Positions 25,446 to 34,837 of a DNA stretch of 35,189 nt are shown here, one piece after another. The DNA comes from Betaproteobacteria bacterium. Lineage in GTDB: Bacteria > Pseudomonadota > Gammaproteobacteria > Burkholderiales > SG8-41. A program made the translations under genes and the position numbers. Where the stretch lies: positions 1 to 35,189 of the forward strand of contig JAIOOZ010000038.1 in assembly GCA_021414185.1 (NCBI GenBank), written 5' to 3'. Under the pieces are notes generated by a model that did not search any database, was not told where the DNA came from, and saw only the letters and a program-made list of their open reading frames with translations. Within the stretch, counting starts at the first letter, position 1, and every line of letters begins with the position of its first letter.

Positions 25446-27080
25446 ATGATCAAATTGTCTTCAGGTGCGCAGGTCCTGTGGAAAAAACTGCGTGCGGCAT
25501 GCGGGCTGGAGTGTTTTCCCCTGTCCCGGAACTCGCAGCGCATGCCGGACCACGAGCGGCTGATGCTGCGGATACTCGTCGATCACATGCCCGAAGACAT
25601 ATTCACGCTCGATACCGACGGGCGATTCACGATGGTCAACACCGCGTGGCTCGTGGAGCATGGCTATGCGAGCGACAAGGGCATCATCGGGCGCACGGTC
25701 TTCGACGTGTTTGACGCCGAAACCGCGGCGCACGCCGCCGCTGAAAACAAAAGCATCATGGAAACCGGGCTCGGCCGCTATAACCAGAGCCGGGAGGTTC
25801 CGCGGCCGGGCGGCGGCAACCGCTCGATATTGATCAACAAGGTTCCCATGCGCGACGCGCAGGGCCGGGTGCTCGGCATTATCGGCATTATTCGCGACGT
25901 GACGGAGCTGAAGTCTGCGCTCGACAACCTGCGGCAGGAGCGCAACCTGCTGCGCTCCATCATCGACAGTTCGCCGGATGCGATACATGTCAAGGACCGT
26001 GCCGGCCGTTACGTCATCATGAACAAGGCGACCATGCGGCTGCGTAATGTCGCGAGCCACGCGGATGTCGTCGGCAAAACCGCGTACGACTTTTTTCCCG
26101 AGACTTCGGCCGCGGCGATCGAAGCCGAGGACCGCGCGATCATGAATACGGACCGCCCCCTGCTCGAATGCCAGCGCAAATCACGTGAGCCGAATGATCC
26201 CGACCGCTGGGTTTCGATGTCGAAGCTCCCGCTGCATGACGGGGAGGGCGCGGTGGCGGGGCTGGTCACCATCAATCGCGATATTACGAACCTGAAGAAC
26301 GTCATTGAAGAAGCGCGCAGCCTCAACGCGCAGCTCGAAGATCGCGTGCGCATTCGCACCCTCGAGCTGCAGGAAGCAAACAAGGAACTGGAAGCGTTTT
26401 CGTATTCGGTATCGCACGACTTGCGGGCACCGTTGCGCAGCATCTCCGGCTTCGGCAACTTCCTCCTGAAGGACAATTACGGGCAGCTCGATGCCGCGGG
26501 CAAGGGCAGGCTCAATCGCATCCTGGCGGCCAGCGAGCGCATGGGCAAGTTGATCGACGACCTGCTCAAGCTTGCGCGGATTTCGCGCCAGTCGATTTCG
26601 TACCGCAAAGTCGACCTGCACGCACTCGCGGCCGAGGTGGTGGCCGCGCTGCGGGACGCCAGCCCGGAACGGCTCGTCGAAGTCATACTTGAGCGGGATC
26701 TGACGGTGGAGGCCGACGCGGGACTCATGCGGGTGGTGCTGGAGAACCTGCTCGGCAATGCATGGAAGTTTACCGCCAAGCGGCCGGATGCGCGCATCGA
26801 ACTGGGGGCGGCAGTCGTCGACGGCCGGCGCGAGTTTTTCGTGCGCGACAACGGGGCGGGTTTCGACATGGTCTATGCCGGCAAACTGTTTGCGCCGTTC
26901 CAGCGCATGCATTCACAGCACCAGTTTGAAGGTACCGGCATCGGGCTGGCGACGGTCAAGCGCATCATCGAGCGCCACCTCGGCAGAATCTGGATCGACA
27001 GCGCAGTGAATCAGGGAACGACCGTTAGCTTTACCATCAGCGCGGCAGGCCCGGTCCAGACGGCCGCAGAAGCAACCTGA
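25446..27080 (+). CDS. Cytoplasmic PAS-PAS histidine kinase (Cph1/bacteriophytochrome-type transmitter); start uncertain (25446 or 25542)
   Basis: Two PAS/PAC domains, FSYSVSHDLRAPL H-box, NLLGNAWKFT, DNGAGF, GTGIGL; ORF-track start 25137 lies upstream of the sigma-28 promoter. Confidence 0.9.
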   Translation: MIKLSSGAQVLWKKLRAACGLECFPLSRNSQRMPDHERLMLRILVDHMPEDIFTLDTDGRFTMVNTAWLVEHGYASDKGIIGRTVFDVFDAETAAHAAAENKSIMETGLGRYNQSREVPRPGGGNRSILINKVPMRDAQGRVLGIIGIIRDVTELKSALDNLRQERNLLRSIIDSSPDAIHVKDRAGRYVIMNKATMRLRNVASHADVVGKTAYDFFPETSAAAIEAEDRAIMNTDRPLLECQRKSREPNDPDRWVSMSKLPLHDGEGAVAGLVTINRDITNLKNVIEEARSLNAQLEDRVRIRTLELQEANKELEAFSYSVSHDLRAPLRSISGFGNFLLKDNYGQLDAAGKGRLNRILAASERMGKLIDDLLKLARISRQSISYRKVDLHALAAEVVAALRDASPERLVEVILERDLTVEADAGLMRVVLENLLGNAWKFTAKRPDARIELGAAVVDGRREFFVRDNGAGFDMVYAGKLFAPFQRMHSQHQFEGTGIGLATVKRIIERHLGRIWIDSAVNQGTTVSFTISAAGPVQTAAEAT

Positions 27081-27098
27081 CCAATTGTGCGAGCTGCG

Positions 27099-27557
27099 AT
27101 GAGACCCAATATTCAATGCGCCGGCGGCGAAGTGCTGATGGTGGATGACAGCGTCGATGACGTTGAGCTTGCCGTCACCGTACTTTCGTCTTACTGGCCG
27201 GCCGATCGCATAGCGGTGGTGCACGATGGCGCCGAAGCGGGTGACTATCTGTACCGGCGCGGTCGTTATGCAAATCGCGAGCCCGGGCATCCGGTGCTTA
27301 TCCTGCTCGATATCAAGATGCCCAAGGTGGACGGCCTCGAACTGTTGCTCGTGCTGAAGAGCGACGAGTTTCTCAAGCCCATACCGGTGGTCATGCTGAC
27401 CTCTTCGCGCGAGGAGCGCGACGTTCGCGCCAGTTACCGCCTGGGCACCAATGCTTACGTTGTCAAGCCGCTGGTTTTCGCCGAATTCCAGGACACCCTC
27501 AGGAGGCTAGGCGCTTTCTGGCTGAGCGCAAACGAAATGACCGAGCCAGGAACCTAG
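27099..27557 (+). CDS. Single-domain response regulator (Rcp1-like)
   Basis: VDDS.DD, LILLDIKMPKVDG, LTSS, NAYVVKP, C-terminal FW; follows a Cph1-type kinase. Confidence 0.9.
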   Translation: MRPNIQCAGGEVLMVDDSVDDVELAVTVLSSYWPADRIAVVHDGAEAGDYLYRRGRYANREPGHPVLILLDIKMPKVDGLELLLVLKSDEFLKPIPVVMLTSSREERDVRASYRLGTNAYVVKPLVFAEFQDTLRRLGAFWLSANEMTEPGT

Positions 27558-27664
27558 CGCCGGGCATATTCCCGTTACCGCGCGTTAAAGAACTTGCGCG
27601 CGCGTGCCGTTAAACCTGCGACAGCGCAACCAGCGACGAAGTGCCGTGCACATCAACGTTTTGA

Positions 27665-27692
27665 TCAGTGACGGTAACGCGGTCGCCGATAC
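27665..27692 (+). promoter_or_regulatory. Possible weak sigma-28 promoter
   Basis: Good -10 GCCGATAC (27685-27692) but -35 only TCAG at 16-nt spacing. Confidence 0.35.
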
Positions 27693-27770
27693 TGCACCGG
27701 CAATTCGATTTCGGCGCGCCCCCGGAATTCCGGAACTGGTGCAAGCGGAAATTAAACAAGGACAGAAAGC

Positions 27771-28238
27771 ATGGACGGCGGAACTGCGGCAACCACAGGC
27801 ACGACCGACCCTGCCGTCACGAGCGTGCTGATCGCAGGCAACGCTGCGGTCGACTTGCTGCACAGGGCGCACCTGCTGCGCAGGCTCGAAGGTTGCAGTG
27901 TGCAACAGTTCACCGATCCGGCACAGGCTCTGGCGTGGGCAGCGGACAACGATGCCGCTCTCGCAATCGTCGACTATATGACGCCGGAATTCGACAGTCT
28001 CGAGTTTGCGCGGCGTTTCCGCGCGTGCGCCGGCAAGTCCGCAACGCCGTTGCTGATGGTCACCGCCAATCACGTCATCGAGCTGCGCCATCGCGCGCTG
28101 CAGGCCGGTGCGGAGGATTTCCTCAACAAGCCGCTTGACGGTGCGGAATTTTTCGCGTGCGTGAAAATCACGCCGGATCTGCGCGCGCGCCACAGGCAAT
28201 TCGCATTGCGCGCCGTACTGCCCGCGCAAGCGGCCTGA
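27771..28238 (+). CDS. Degenerate stand-alone receiver domain protein
   Basis: [20 protein letters not shown] retained; acidic pocket replaced by IAGNA; no output domain. Confidence 0.75.
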   Translation: MDGGTAATTGTTDPAVTSVLIAGNAAVDLLHRAHLLRRLEGCSVQQFTDPAQALAWAADNDAALAIVDYMTPEFDSLEFARRFRACAGKSATPLLMVTANHVIELRHRALQAGAEDFLNKPLDGAEFFACVKITPDLRARHRQFALRAVLPAQAA

Positions 28239-28243
28239 AAATC

Positions 28244-30427
28244 ATGGATACGACAATGGATATGCACGAAGCCGTGGCCAAACCGCCAGTCCATGCATTG
28301 CGCAACGCGTCACATGCGAGCACACCGTTGCGACTGCTGTGCGTCGACGATTGCGAAGCCGATGTCGCGCTCATAGTCGAAACATTGCGCAGCGGCGGAT
28401 TCGCGCCGGTTTTTCAACGCGTATGCACGCGCGAGGACATGACGGCGGCGCTCGACCGCCAGGCCTGGGACGTCGTCATTTCCGACCATTCGATGCCGCA
28501 ATTCGACGGCACGGAGGCGCTCGCGGTCGTGACCGCCCGCAAGCTCGACATCCCGTTTATCCTGGTCTCCGGCGCGGTCGGCGAGGAAATCGCCGTGCTC
28601 GCGATGAAATCAGGCGCCCACGACTACATGATGAAACAGGACCTGGGCCGCCTTGTTCCCGTGATCCGCCGCGAGCTGACCGAGGCGGAGGTGCGGCGCG
28701 CGCGGCGCCTCGCCGAAGCCAATTTGCGCTCGAGCGAGGCCTTGCTTAACTCGATCGTCAACACCGCCGCCGACGGCATCATCGTGATCGACGAGATCGG
28801 CATGCTGGAATTCGCGAACGCGGCGGTCGAACGCATGTTCGGCTGGAAGCCGCTTGAATTGATCGGACGCAACGTCGATTGCCTGCTGCCGGCGCGCCAT
28901 CGCAACGCACACCGTCCCGGCAGCGAGGATGTCGCGCTGACCAGCGGCGTGGGCCGCGAGGTCAAGGCCCAGCGCAGGAACGGCAGTGTATTCCCGATCG
29001 AGCTCACGTTCGGTGAAATGCGCATCGACGGGCGCATCAAGTACGCGGGCATCATGCGCGACGTCACCGAGCGCAAATGGGCCGAGGAGCGCATCCGCCA
29101 TCTCGCGCACTATGACGAATTGACCGGGCTGCCGAATCGGGCGCTCTTTTCGCAACTGCTCGAGCAGGCGCTGTCGGAATCGAAGTTTTCGCAGAAGCAG
29201 GTCGCGGTGCTGTTCATCGATCTGGACCGCTTCAAACTGATCAACGATTCTCTGAGCCACGCATCAGGCGACACCGTCCTGCAACAGGTGGCAAAGCGGC
29301 TGACCGAGGCGCTGCCGCGGCGCGATACGATCGCCCGCCTGGGCGGCGATGAATTCGTAGTGCTGATGCGCGATTGCAGCATTCCGGCGGACGCCGCAGA
29401 AACGGCGCAAACGCTGCTGACTGCGGTGGCGCAGCCGCTGCTGATCGAAGGGCAGGATTACCATCTGACGGCGAGCATCGGCATCAGCGCGTATCCCGGC
29501 GACGGCGAAAATTCCCAGACCATACTCAAGCATGCGGACATCGCCATGTGCCGCGCCAAGGAGCACGGCAAGAACAATTACCAGTTCTACTCCTCGCAAA
29601 TGAACCTGCATTCGTTCGAGCGCCTGGTGCTCGAGCGCTTTCTGCGCCATGCCATGGAACAGGACGAATTCCATGTTTACTACCAGCCCAAGCTTGATCT
29701 CTTGACCGGTTGCGTAACCGGCATGGAAGCGTTGCTGCGCTGGGTGCATCCGGGAATGGGCATGATTTCGCCGACCAAATTCATTCCGCTTGCGGAAGAA
29801 ACCGGACTCATCGTACCGATCGGCGCGTGGGTGCTGCGCGCGGCCTGCGCGCAAAACCGCGCGTGGCAGCTGCAGGGCCTGCCGCCGCTGCGGGTCGCCG
29901 TCAACCTGTCGGCACGGCAGTTTGCGCAGGATGATCTGCTCTCCACCATCGTCAACGTGCTCGCGGAAACCGGCCTTGCGCCCGAACTGCTCGAGCTGGA
30001 GCTCACCGAAAGCGTGACGATGGATAATCCCGAGCACGCCGCAACGCTGCTCAAGAAGCTCAAGGCGCTCGGCATCCGGCTCGCGATCGACGATTTCGGC
30101 ACCGGCTATTCCTCGCTGAGTTATCTCAAGCGGTTCCCGATCGATAACGTCAAGATCGACCGCTCCTTCATCAAGGATATCCCCGATGACGAAGACGACG
30201 TCGCAATCACGCAGGCGGTCATCGCAATGGCGCACAGCCTGCGCCTCAAGGTCATTGCGGAAGGGGTCGAATCAGAGCAGCACGTCGAGTTCCTGCGCGA
30301 GCATGGATGCGACGAGGCGCAGGGCTATCTGTTCGGCGCGCCAATGCCGGCGGACGAGTTCAGAGAGGCGATGGTACGTTGCGCAAACGGGATTCCGCTG
30401 CGTGCCAGGCTGACGAACCGGCCCTGA
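28244..30427 (+). CDS. REC-PAS-GGDEF-EAL c-di-GMP cyclase/phosphodiesterase
   Basis: Intact REC (VDD, ISDHSMP, DYMMK), [39 protein letters not shown] motifs; start 28244, 28256 or 28262. Confidence 0.95.
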   Translation: MDTTMDMHEAVAKPPVHALRNASHASTPLRLLCVDDCEADVALIVETLRSGGFAPVFQRVCTREDMTAALDRQAWDVVISDHSMPQFDGTEALAVVTARKLDIPFILVSGAVGEEIAVLAMKSGAHDYMMKQDLGRLVPVIRRELTEAEVRRARRLAEANLRSSEALLNSIVNTAADGIIVIDEIGMLEFANAAVERMFGWKPLELIGRNVDCLLPARHRNAHRPGSEDVALTSGVGREVKAQRRNGSVFPIELTFGEMRIDGRIKYAGIMRDVTERKWAEERIRHLAHYDELTGLPNRALFSQLLEQALSESKFSQKQVAVLFIDLDRFKLINDSLSHASGDTVLQQVAKRLTEALPRRDTIARLGGDEFVVLMRDCSIPADAAETAQTLLTAVAQPLLIEGQDYHLTASIGISAYPGDGENSQTILKHADIAMCRAKEHGKNNYQFYSSQMNLHSFERLVLERFLRHAMEQDEFHVYYQPKLDLLTGCVTGMEALLRWVHPGMGMISPTKFIPLAEETGLIVPIGAWVLRAACAQNRAWQLQGLPPLRVAVNLSARQFAQDDLLSTIVNVLAETGLAPELLELELTESVTMDNPEHAATLLKKLKALGIRLAIDDFGTGYSSLSYLKRFPIDNVKIDRSFIKDIPDDEDDVAITQAVIAMAHSLRLKVIAEGVESEQHVEFLREHGCDEAQGYLFGAPMPADEFREAMVRCANGIPLRARLTNRP

Positions 30428-30477
30428 TCCAATCCACTTGCCGGTTTCACGGCGCGGCCCGGTTGTCGCGGCTATTG

Positions 30478-30540
30478 TGCGAATTGCGCGACAAATCCGT
30501 CTCTATTCCGAAGTTTCGGGCGGCCGCCCGCCGCCATAAT
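30478..30540 (+). promoter_or_regulatory. Putative FlhDC-like class II promoter of the giant repeat gene
   Basis: TGCGAATTGC-N14-TCTATTCCGA-N23-CATAAT; same spacing as the fliF promoter. Confidence 0.45.
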
Positions 30541-30585
30541 CCTTTTCAACAGGTGGCGCCGCCGCCTGCCGAGGGAGGTTTTATC

Positions 30586-33500
30586 ATGGGGCAACCGGCG
30601 ATCCAATCCAAATTGAGCGTGGCGCACGACGCGACGCGTGGCGCCGATGCTGAAGGCACACCGGACGTGCGCACCATCAAGGAGGCAATTGCGCGCGCCG
30701 AGGCCGAGACCAGCGCCACGCTGGCCGCCGAGACGCGCGGAGCCTGGGAAGACCATGCCCGCAGCCGTGCCACCGAACGCGCGAAAACCGAACATGAAGC
30801 GCGTCAGGAACTCGAACGCCGCGCGCGCGCCGATGAAGAAGCTGCGGAGGCAGCCCGCGCGCGCATTGCGGCGGAGCGTGTATTGCACGAGGAAGCATTG
30901 GCCCGCCGCGCTGCCGAAAGCGAAGCGTTGCGCGAAACCCAGAAACGGCTTGAGACCGAACGCGCAGCCACGCGTGCCGCCGACGAAAGGGCCGCTGCCG
31001 AACGCGCGGCCCACAGCCGGGCCGAGGGCAGACTGGCCGAGGAGCGCGCCGCCACCGAGCGTGCCCGCGTGGCCATGCAGGAATTGTCGGAATTTACCGA
31101 GCAACTGCGCAGCGGTGAAAAAGCAAGCCGCGAAGAAGCCTTGCGCGCCGCGGCGTTTCACCGCGCCCGGGTCGCGGCTGAACAGCGCGCTTTGGAGCAA
31201 TCGCAATTGCGCGTGCAGGCAGAAAGCGCCGCTGCGGCAGAAGCCGAACAGCGTGCGGTGGCCGAAACCCGCCTGCGCGACGGCGCGCTGGCGCAGGCCG
31301 AGTCGGAAGGGCAATTGCGTCTACTCGCAGAGGCGAGGGTGGCGGCCGAGGCCAAGGTCGCCGCCGAAGCGGAGGCCAGGGTCAAGGCCGAGCAAGCGGC
31401 AGTGGCCGCCGTGCAGGGCCGGAGCTTGAGCGAAGCGCAGGCGCGGGAATCCGCACAGCAGCGCGTGCGGATCGAACAGGAACTTGCGCAGACGGCCGCT
31501 GCCGCCGCGCAGCAGGCGGCGCGGGTATGCGCCGAAGCCGCGGCGCGCAACCGCGCGCAGGCGCGCGAACTCGCCGAAATCGAGGGCAAGCTCACAGCTG
31601 AAATCCACGCGCGCGCGGCCGCCGAAGCGCGCGCGCAGGCGGCACATGAGCTGCGGCGAGCAGCCGACGAGCGCGCGGAAGCGGAACAGAGGGCGCGCGA
31701 AGAAGCAGAAGCTCGCGTGCATGCCGAATCGCGCGCGCTGGCCGAGGCACGTTTGCGCCAGGCGGCCGAAACGCGCGGACGGGAGGAGGCGGCCGAACTG
31801 GCCGCGGCGGAACGCGAGGCGGCGGCGCTCGCGCAGGCGCGCGCCGAACTCGACGCGCTGACCGCCGAAGTCACGCGCGCGCGCATTACCGCCGAAAGCG
31901 AATTCAAACGCAAGGCCGAAGACCGGCTTGCGCTGGAAGCACAGGCACGCAGCGAAGCCGAAGCGCGCCTTGCCGCGGAAGCGGAACTCGAGCGCATTGC
32001 GCAGGCGCGCGTCAATGCCGAGCAACTCGCCCGCGATGCCGCCAAATTGAGCGTGCAGGCGCAGGCGCGCGAGTTCGAGCAGCAGCAAGCTGCTTTGGTC
32101 GCCGAACGCAATGCGATAGCCGCGGCGGAGCTGCACGCCCAGGCCCATGCGGAATATGCGGCGCAATCCCGGGCGCGCGCCGCCGCCGAGCATGACGCGA
32201 TTGCGGAAACAGAAATACGCCACGCGGCGGAAGCCGAAGCGATTGCAGCCTCCCGCATGCGCGAGCAAGCCGAACGCGAACTGGCGATTGCAGCGGACGA
32301 GCGTTCTCGTATCGAAGCGGCTGCGCTGCGCGAGGCGGCGGAACGTCGCGAGCGCGAGCAGGAGGCCGCGTCAGTCGCACGCGCGGCCGAACATGCCGAC
32401 CGCGCCGCGCGGCGCGCCGCGGAAGAATGCGCGGCGATGGCCCTGCAACTGGCTGCAACGGCGAACGCGCGCGCCGATTCAGAGGCAGCTGCGCAGCGCG
32501 AACTGGATGGCCGCCGCGCCACGGAGGCCGCGGCACTGGCTGCGGCCGAGAAAAGGCGCAGCCTTGAACTGGCCGCGCGCGCCGAGCTGGAGCAACGCGC
32601 GGCGGCTGACCGGGTTCTGGCACAAGAAGCCGATGAACGTCGCCGCGCGGAAAGTGCCGCGCTGGCGGCAACCGAAAAGCGGCGCAGAAACGAGCGCCGG
32701 TTCCACGCCGCGTCGAAGGCGCGCGAGTACGCGGAGTCAGAGCTTGCCGCGGTCGCAGCGACGCGCGCCCGTACCGAACTCGAACTCGCAGTCGAAGCGA
32801 ACAAGCGCGCCGGGGGCGAATGCGAAATGTTGCGAGCAACGCAGCAACGCCTGCTCTCCGAGCAACGCGCGAGCCTGGCATACGAAGCCCAGATCGACGC
32901 CGAACGGCTTGCAGCGACGGCCGGGCAGGTTGCGGAAAATTCGGCATGGGCGCGCGTGCAGACGCTGCGCGCGGCGACTGCCGCGCACCGCGCACGCGCC
33001 GCCGCCGAAAAACGGCGCGCGGCCGCAGCGCAAAAGCTCGAGCGCGCCCAGCAGGCCGCGGCGGAAGCGGCGCACGCGCGCGAAATCGAATGCGAATGCT
33101 TGCAGCAAGCCGAACAGGCACGGGCTGCGGCGGAACTCGAAACGGGTGCCGCTGCTGAAGCAGCGCGCGCCGCGCACGAAGCCGCTGCGACCGCGGCGTG
33201 CGAACGTACAAGCGCGGAGCGGCAACGCGATCTGCAAATGCAGGCGGCGCTGAGCGCCGAACGCGCGGCGTCTGCGCTGGCGCTGGCTGCGCAAAAAATC
33301 GCAGCCGAGGCCGAACAGGCAGCCATTGCGCGCCATGCCGCCGAAGTCGCGGCGACCCGTGCCCTGGAATTGAAGCTGCAGCAGGATCGCGAATTCGCTG
33401 CAGCCGCCGAGGCGCAACGCGCGGCACTTGAGTCGGAGCCGCGAGGCCTGCGCAGATGGGTGTCGGTGCTGCGGCCCTATTCCGCTGCTGGCGCCGCTGC

Positions 33501-33690
33501 GGTTTGCGGAATGTTATCCACGGTCGCGCTGATCGGTGTTGTGGCAGCGCCCCGCGCAACGGAAACAATGCTGTTGTCGTCGCAGCCCCGACCCGCCGCC
33601 GCAGCAGTCGCCTGCCAATTGTGCGCAACTGCCGAAGACGGGTTGCAGTTGAAACTGGCAACGTCGCTCGCAAAAGCCGGTGAACGATAA
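30586..33690 (+). CDS. Giant Ala/Glu/Arg-rich helical repeat protein with C-terminal membrane anchor, unknown function
   Basis: 1034 aa from ATG 30586 (strong GAGGGAGG RBS); 14-residue repeats R-x-x-A-E-x-x-A/L; hydrophobic segment near 33481-33550; CQLC in the tail. Confidence 0.8.
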   Translation: MGQPAIQSKLSVAHDATRGADAEGTPDVRTIKEAIARAEAETSATLAAETRGAWEDHARSRATERAKTEHEARQELERRARADEEAAEAARARIAAERVLHEEALARRAAESEALRETQKRLETERAATRAADERAAAERAAHSRAEGRLAEERAATERARVAMQELSEFTEQLRSGEKASREEALRAAAFHRARVAAEQRALEQSQLRVQAESAAAAEAEQRAVAETRLRDGALAQAESEGQLRLLAEARVAAEAKVAAEAEARVKAEQAAVAAVQGRSLSEAQARESAQQRVRIEQELAQTAAAAAQQAARVCAEAAARNRAQARELAEIEGKLTAEIHARAAAEARAQAAHELRRAADERAEAEQRAREEAEARVHAESRALAEARLRQAAETRGREEAAELAAAEREAAALAQARAELDALTAEVTRARITAESEFKRKAEDRLALEAQARSEAEARLAAEAELERIAQARVNAEQLARDAAKLSVQAQAREFEQQQAALVAERNAIAAAELHAQAHAEYAAQSRARAAAEHDAIAETEIRHAAEAEAIAASRMREQAERELAIAADERSRIEAAALREAAERREREQEAASVARAAEHADRAARRAAEECAAMALQLAATANARADSEAAAQRELDGRRATEAAALAAAEKRRSLELAARAELEQRAAADRVLAQEADERRRAESAALAATEKRRRNERRFHAASKAREYAESELAAVAATRARTELELAVEANKRAGGECEMLRATQQRLLSEQRASLAYEAQIDAERLAATAGQVAENSAWARVQTLRAATAAHRARAAAEKRRAAAAQKLERAQQAAAEAAHAREIECECLQQAEQARAAAELETGAAAEAARAAHEAAATAACERTSAERQRDLQMQAALSAERAASALALAAQKIAAEAEQAAIARHAAEVAATRALELKLQQDREFAAAAEAQRAALESEPRGLRRWVSVLRPYSAAGAAAVCGMLSTVALIGVVAAPRATETMLLSSQPRPAAAAVACQLCATAEDGLQLKLATSLAKAGER

Positions 33691-33845
33691 GAATCCCGGG
33701 TGTCACGCATGCTGATTTGCGGCGCGCGGGGTTCGCCGCGGCTCACGCGAACGGGCGATGCAGGAATTCGCGCTGGCGCAATAAGCGGATAGTCGTTAAG
33801 GATGGCGCCGCCGCAAACACTTGCGGGTCTCTGGTCTCCAGCGTG

Positions 33846-34835
33846 TCAACGGGCCGCATTACCCCGCAGGCCCACTTCCTTGAATAGCGCCGACCATTTC
33901 GCGATCTCCGTCCGGATCCTCGAGGCAAGCTCAGCGGGCGTGCTGCCGGCGGCTTCGAAACCCTGCTCGGACAATCTTTCCTTGATTTCAGGCAACGCGA
34001 CGATTCTGACGACTTCTGCATTGAGTTTTGCGACGATTGCGGGCGGCGTCTTTTTCGGTGCGACCAAGCCGAACCATTGCGCGACTTCAAAACCCGGTAA
34101 TCCGGACTCCGCGAACGTCGGCACATCGGGCGCGCCCGCCACGCGCATCGGCGTTGCCACGCCCATAACGCGCAACTTCCCTGTTTTCAGCAAAGGGAGC
34201 GCAGTCGAAAGACTGCCGAACACGAGCTGCACCTCGCCGCCTACCAGTCCGAACACAGACCCGCTGGTGCCTTTGTACGGCACATGCAACAACTTGATGC
34301 CCGCGGAGTGACTCAGGAGCTCGCCCGCGATATGTGACGTAGTTGCAACACCGGCCGACCCGTAAGCGATCTTCCCCGGTTGCGTCTTCGCGAGCTGGAT
34401 GAGCTCACGCACCGAATTGGCCTGGAGCGACGGATGCACCATGAGGAAATTCGGAATCATGGCCATCAGTGAAATCGGCGCGAAATCGTTGATCACGTCG
34501 TAAGGCAAATCGGGAGTAAGCGCGGCGCCGACCGAAAATTGGCTCGATGAAGCGACCAGAATGGTATAGCCGTCGGGTGCGGCACCCGCAGCGAGCTGCA
34601 CTCCGATTACTCCGCCGCCGCCTGCCCGATTGTCGATGACGATCTGCTGGCCCCATTTTTCGGTCAGCTTTTGCCCGACAGCGCGCGCGACGAAATCCAC
34701 CGCGCCGCCCGGGGCAGTCGCCGAAATGAACCGGATGGATTTGCTGGGAAACTCCTGCGCCGCGGCCGCCGGCGGTCGGAGCATCATTGCTGCAACCGCA
34801 GCCGCAGCGAATACATGTAATTTCACGGCTCTCAC
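33846..34835 (-). CDS. Bug/TctC-family tripartite tricarboxylate transporter substrate-binding protein
   Basis: Signal peptide; FPSKSIR, PGGAVD, DNRAGGGG, APDGYT, HVPYKG, DVPTFAE motifs. Confidence 0.93.
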   Translation of the reverse strand: MRAVKLHVFAAAAVAAMMLRPPAAAAQEFPSKSIRFISATAPGGAVDFVARAVGQKLTEKWGQQIVIDNRAGGGGVIGVQLAAGAAPDGYTILVASSSQFSVGAALTPDLPYDVINDFAPISLMAMIPNFLMVHPSLQANSVRELIQLAKTQPGKIAYGSAGVATTSHIAGELLSHSAGIKLLHVPYKGTSGSVFGLVGGEVQLVFGSLSTALPLLKTGKLRVMGVATPMRVAGAPDVPTFAESGLPGFEVAQWFGLVAPKKTPPAIVAKLNAEVVRIVALPEIKERLSEQGFEAAGSTPAELASRIRTEIAKWSALFKEVGLRGNAAR

Positions 34836-34837
34836 GC

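Noticed and set aside
33613-33627. CQLC as a possible heme c attachment site
   Set aside because: Reads CQLCA, not CxxCH; at most a disulfide or metal site.
30586-33690. Annotation as TolA, SMC or phage tape measure
   Set aside because: No N-terminal TM or TolA C-domain, no Walker motifs, and no phage genes nearby.
31158-33706. Long antisense and alternate-frame ORFs (722, 564, 368 aa) over the repeat gene
   Set aside because: Shadow ORFs from GC-rich Ala/Arg/Glu codon bias; low complexity, no RBS or motifs.
33801-33816. CCGCAA-N4-TTGCGG hairpin as a terminator between the repeat gene and tctC
   Set aside because: Short stem without a U-tract; insufficient support.
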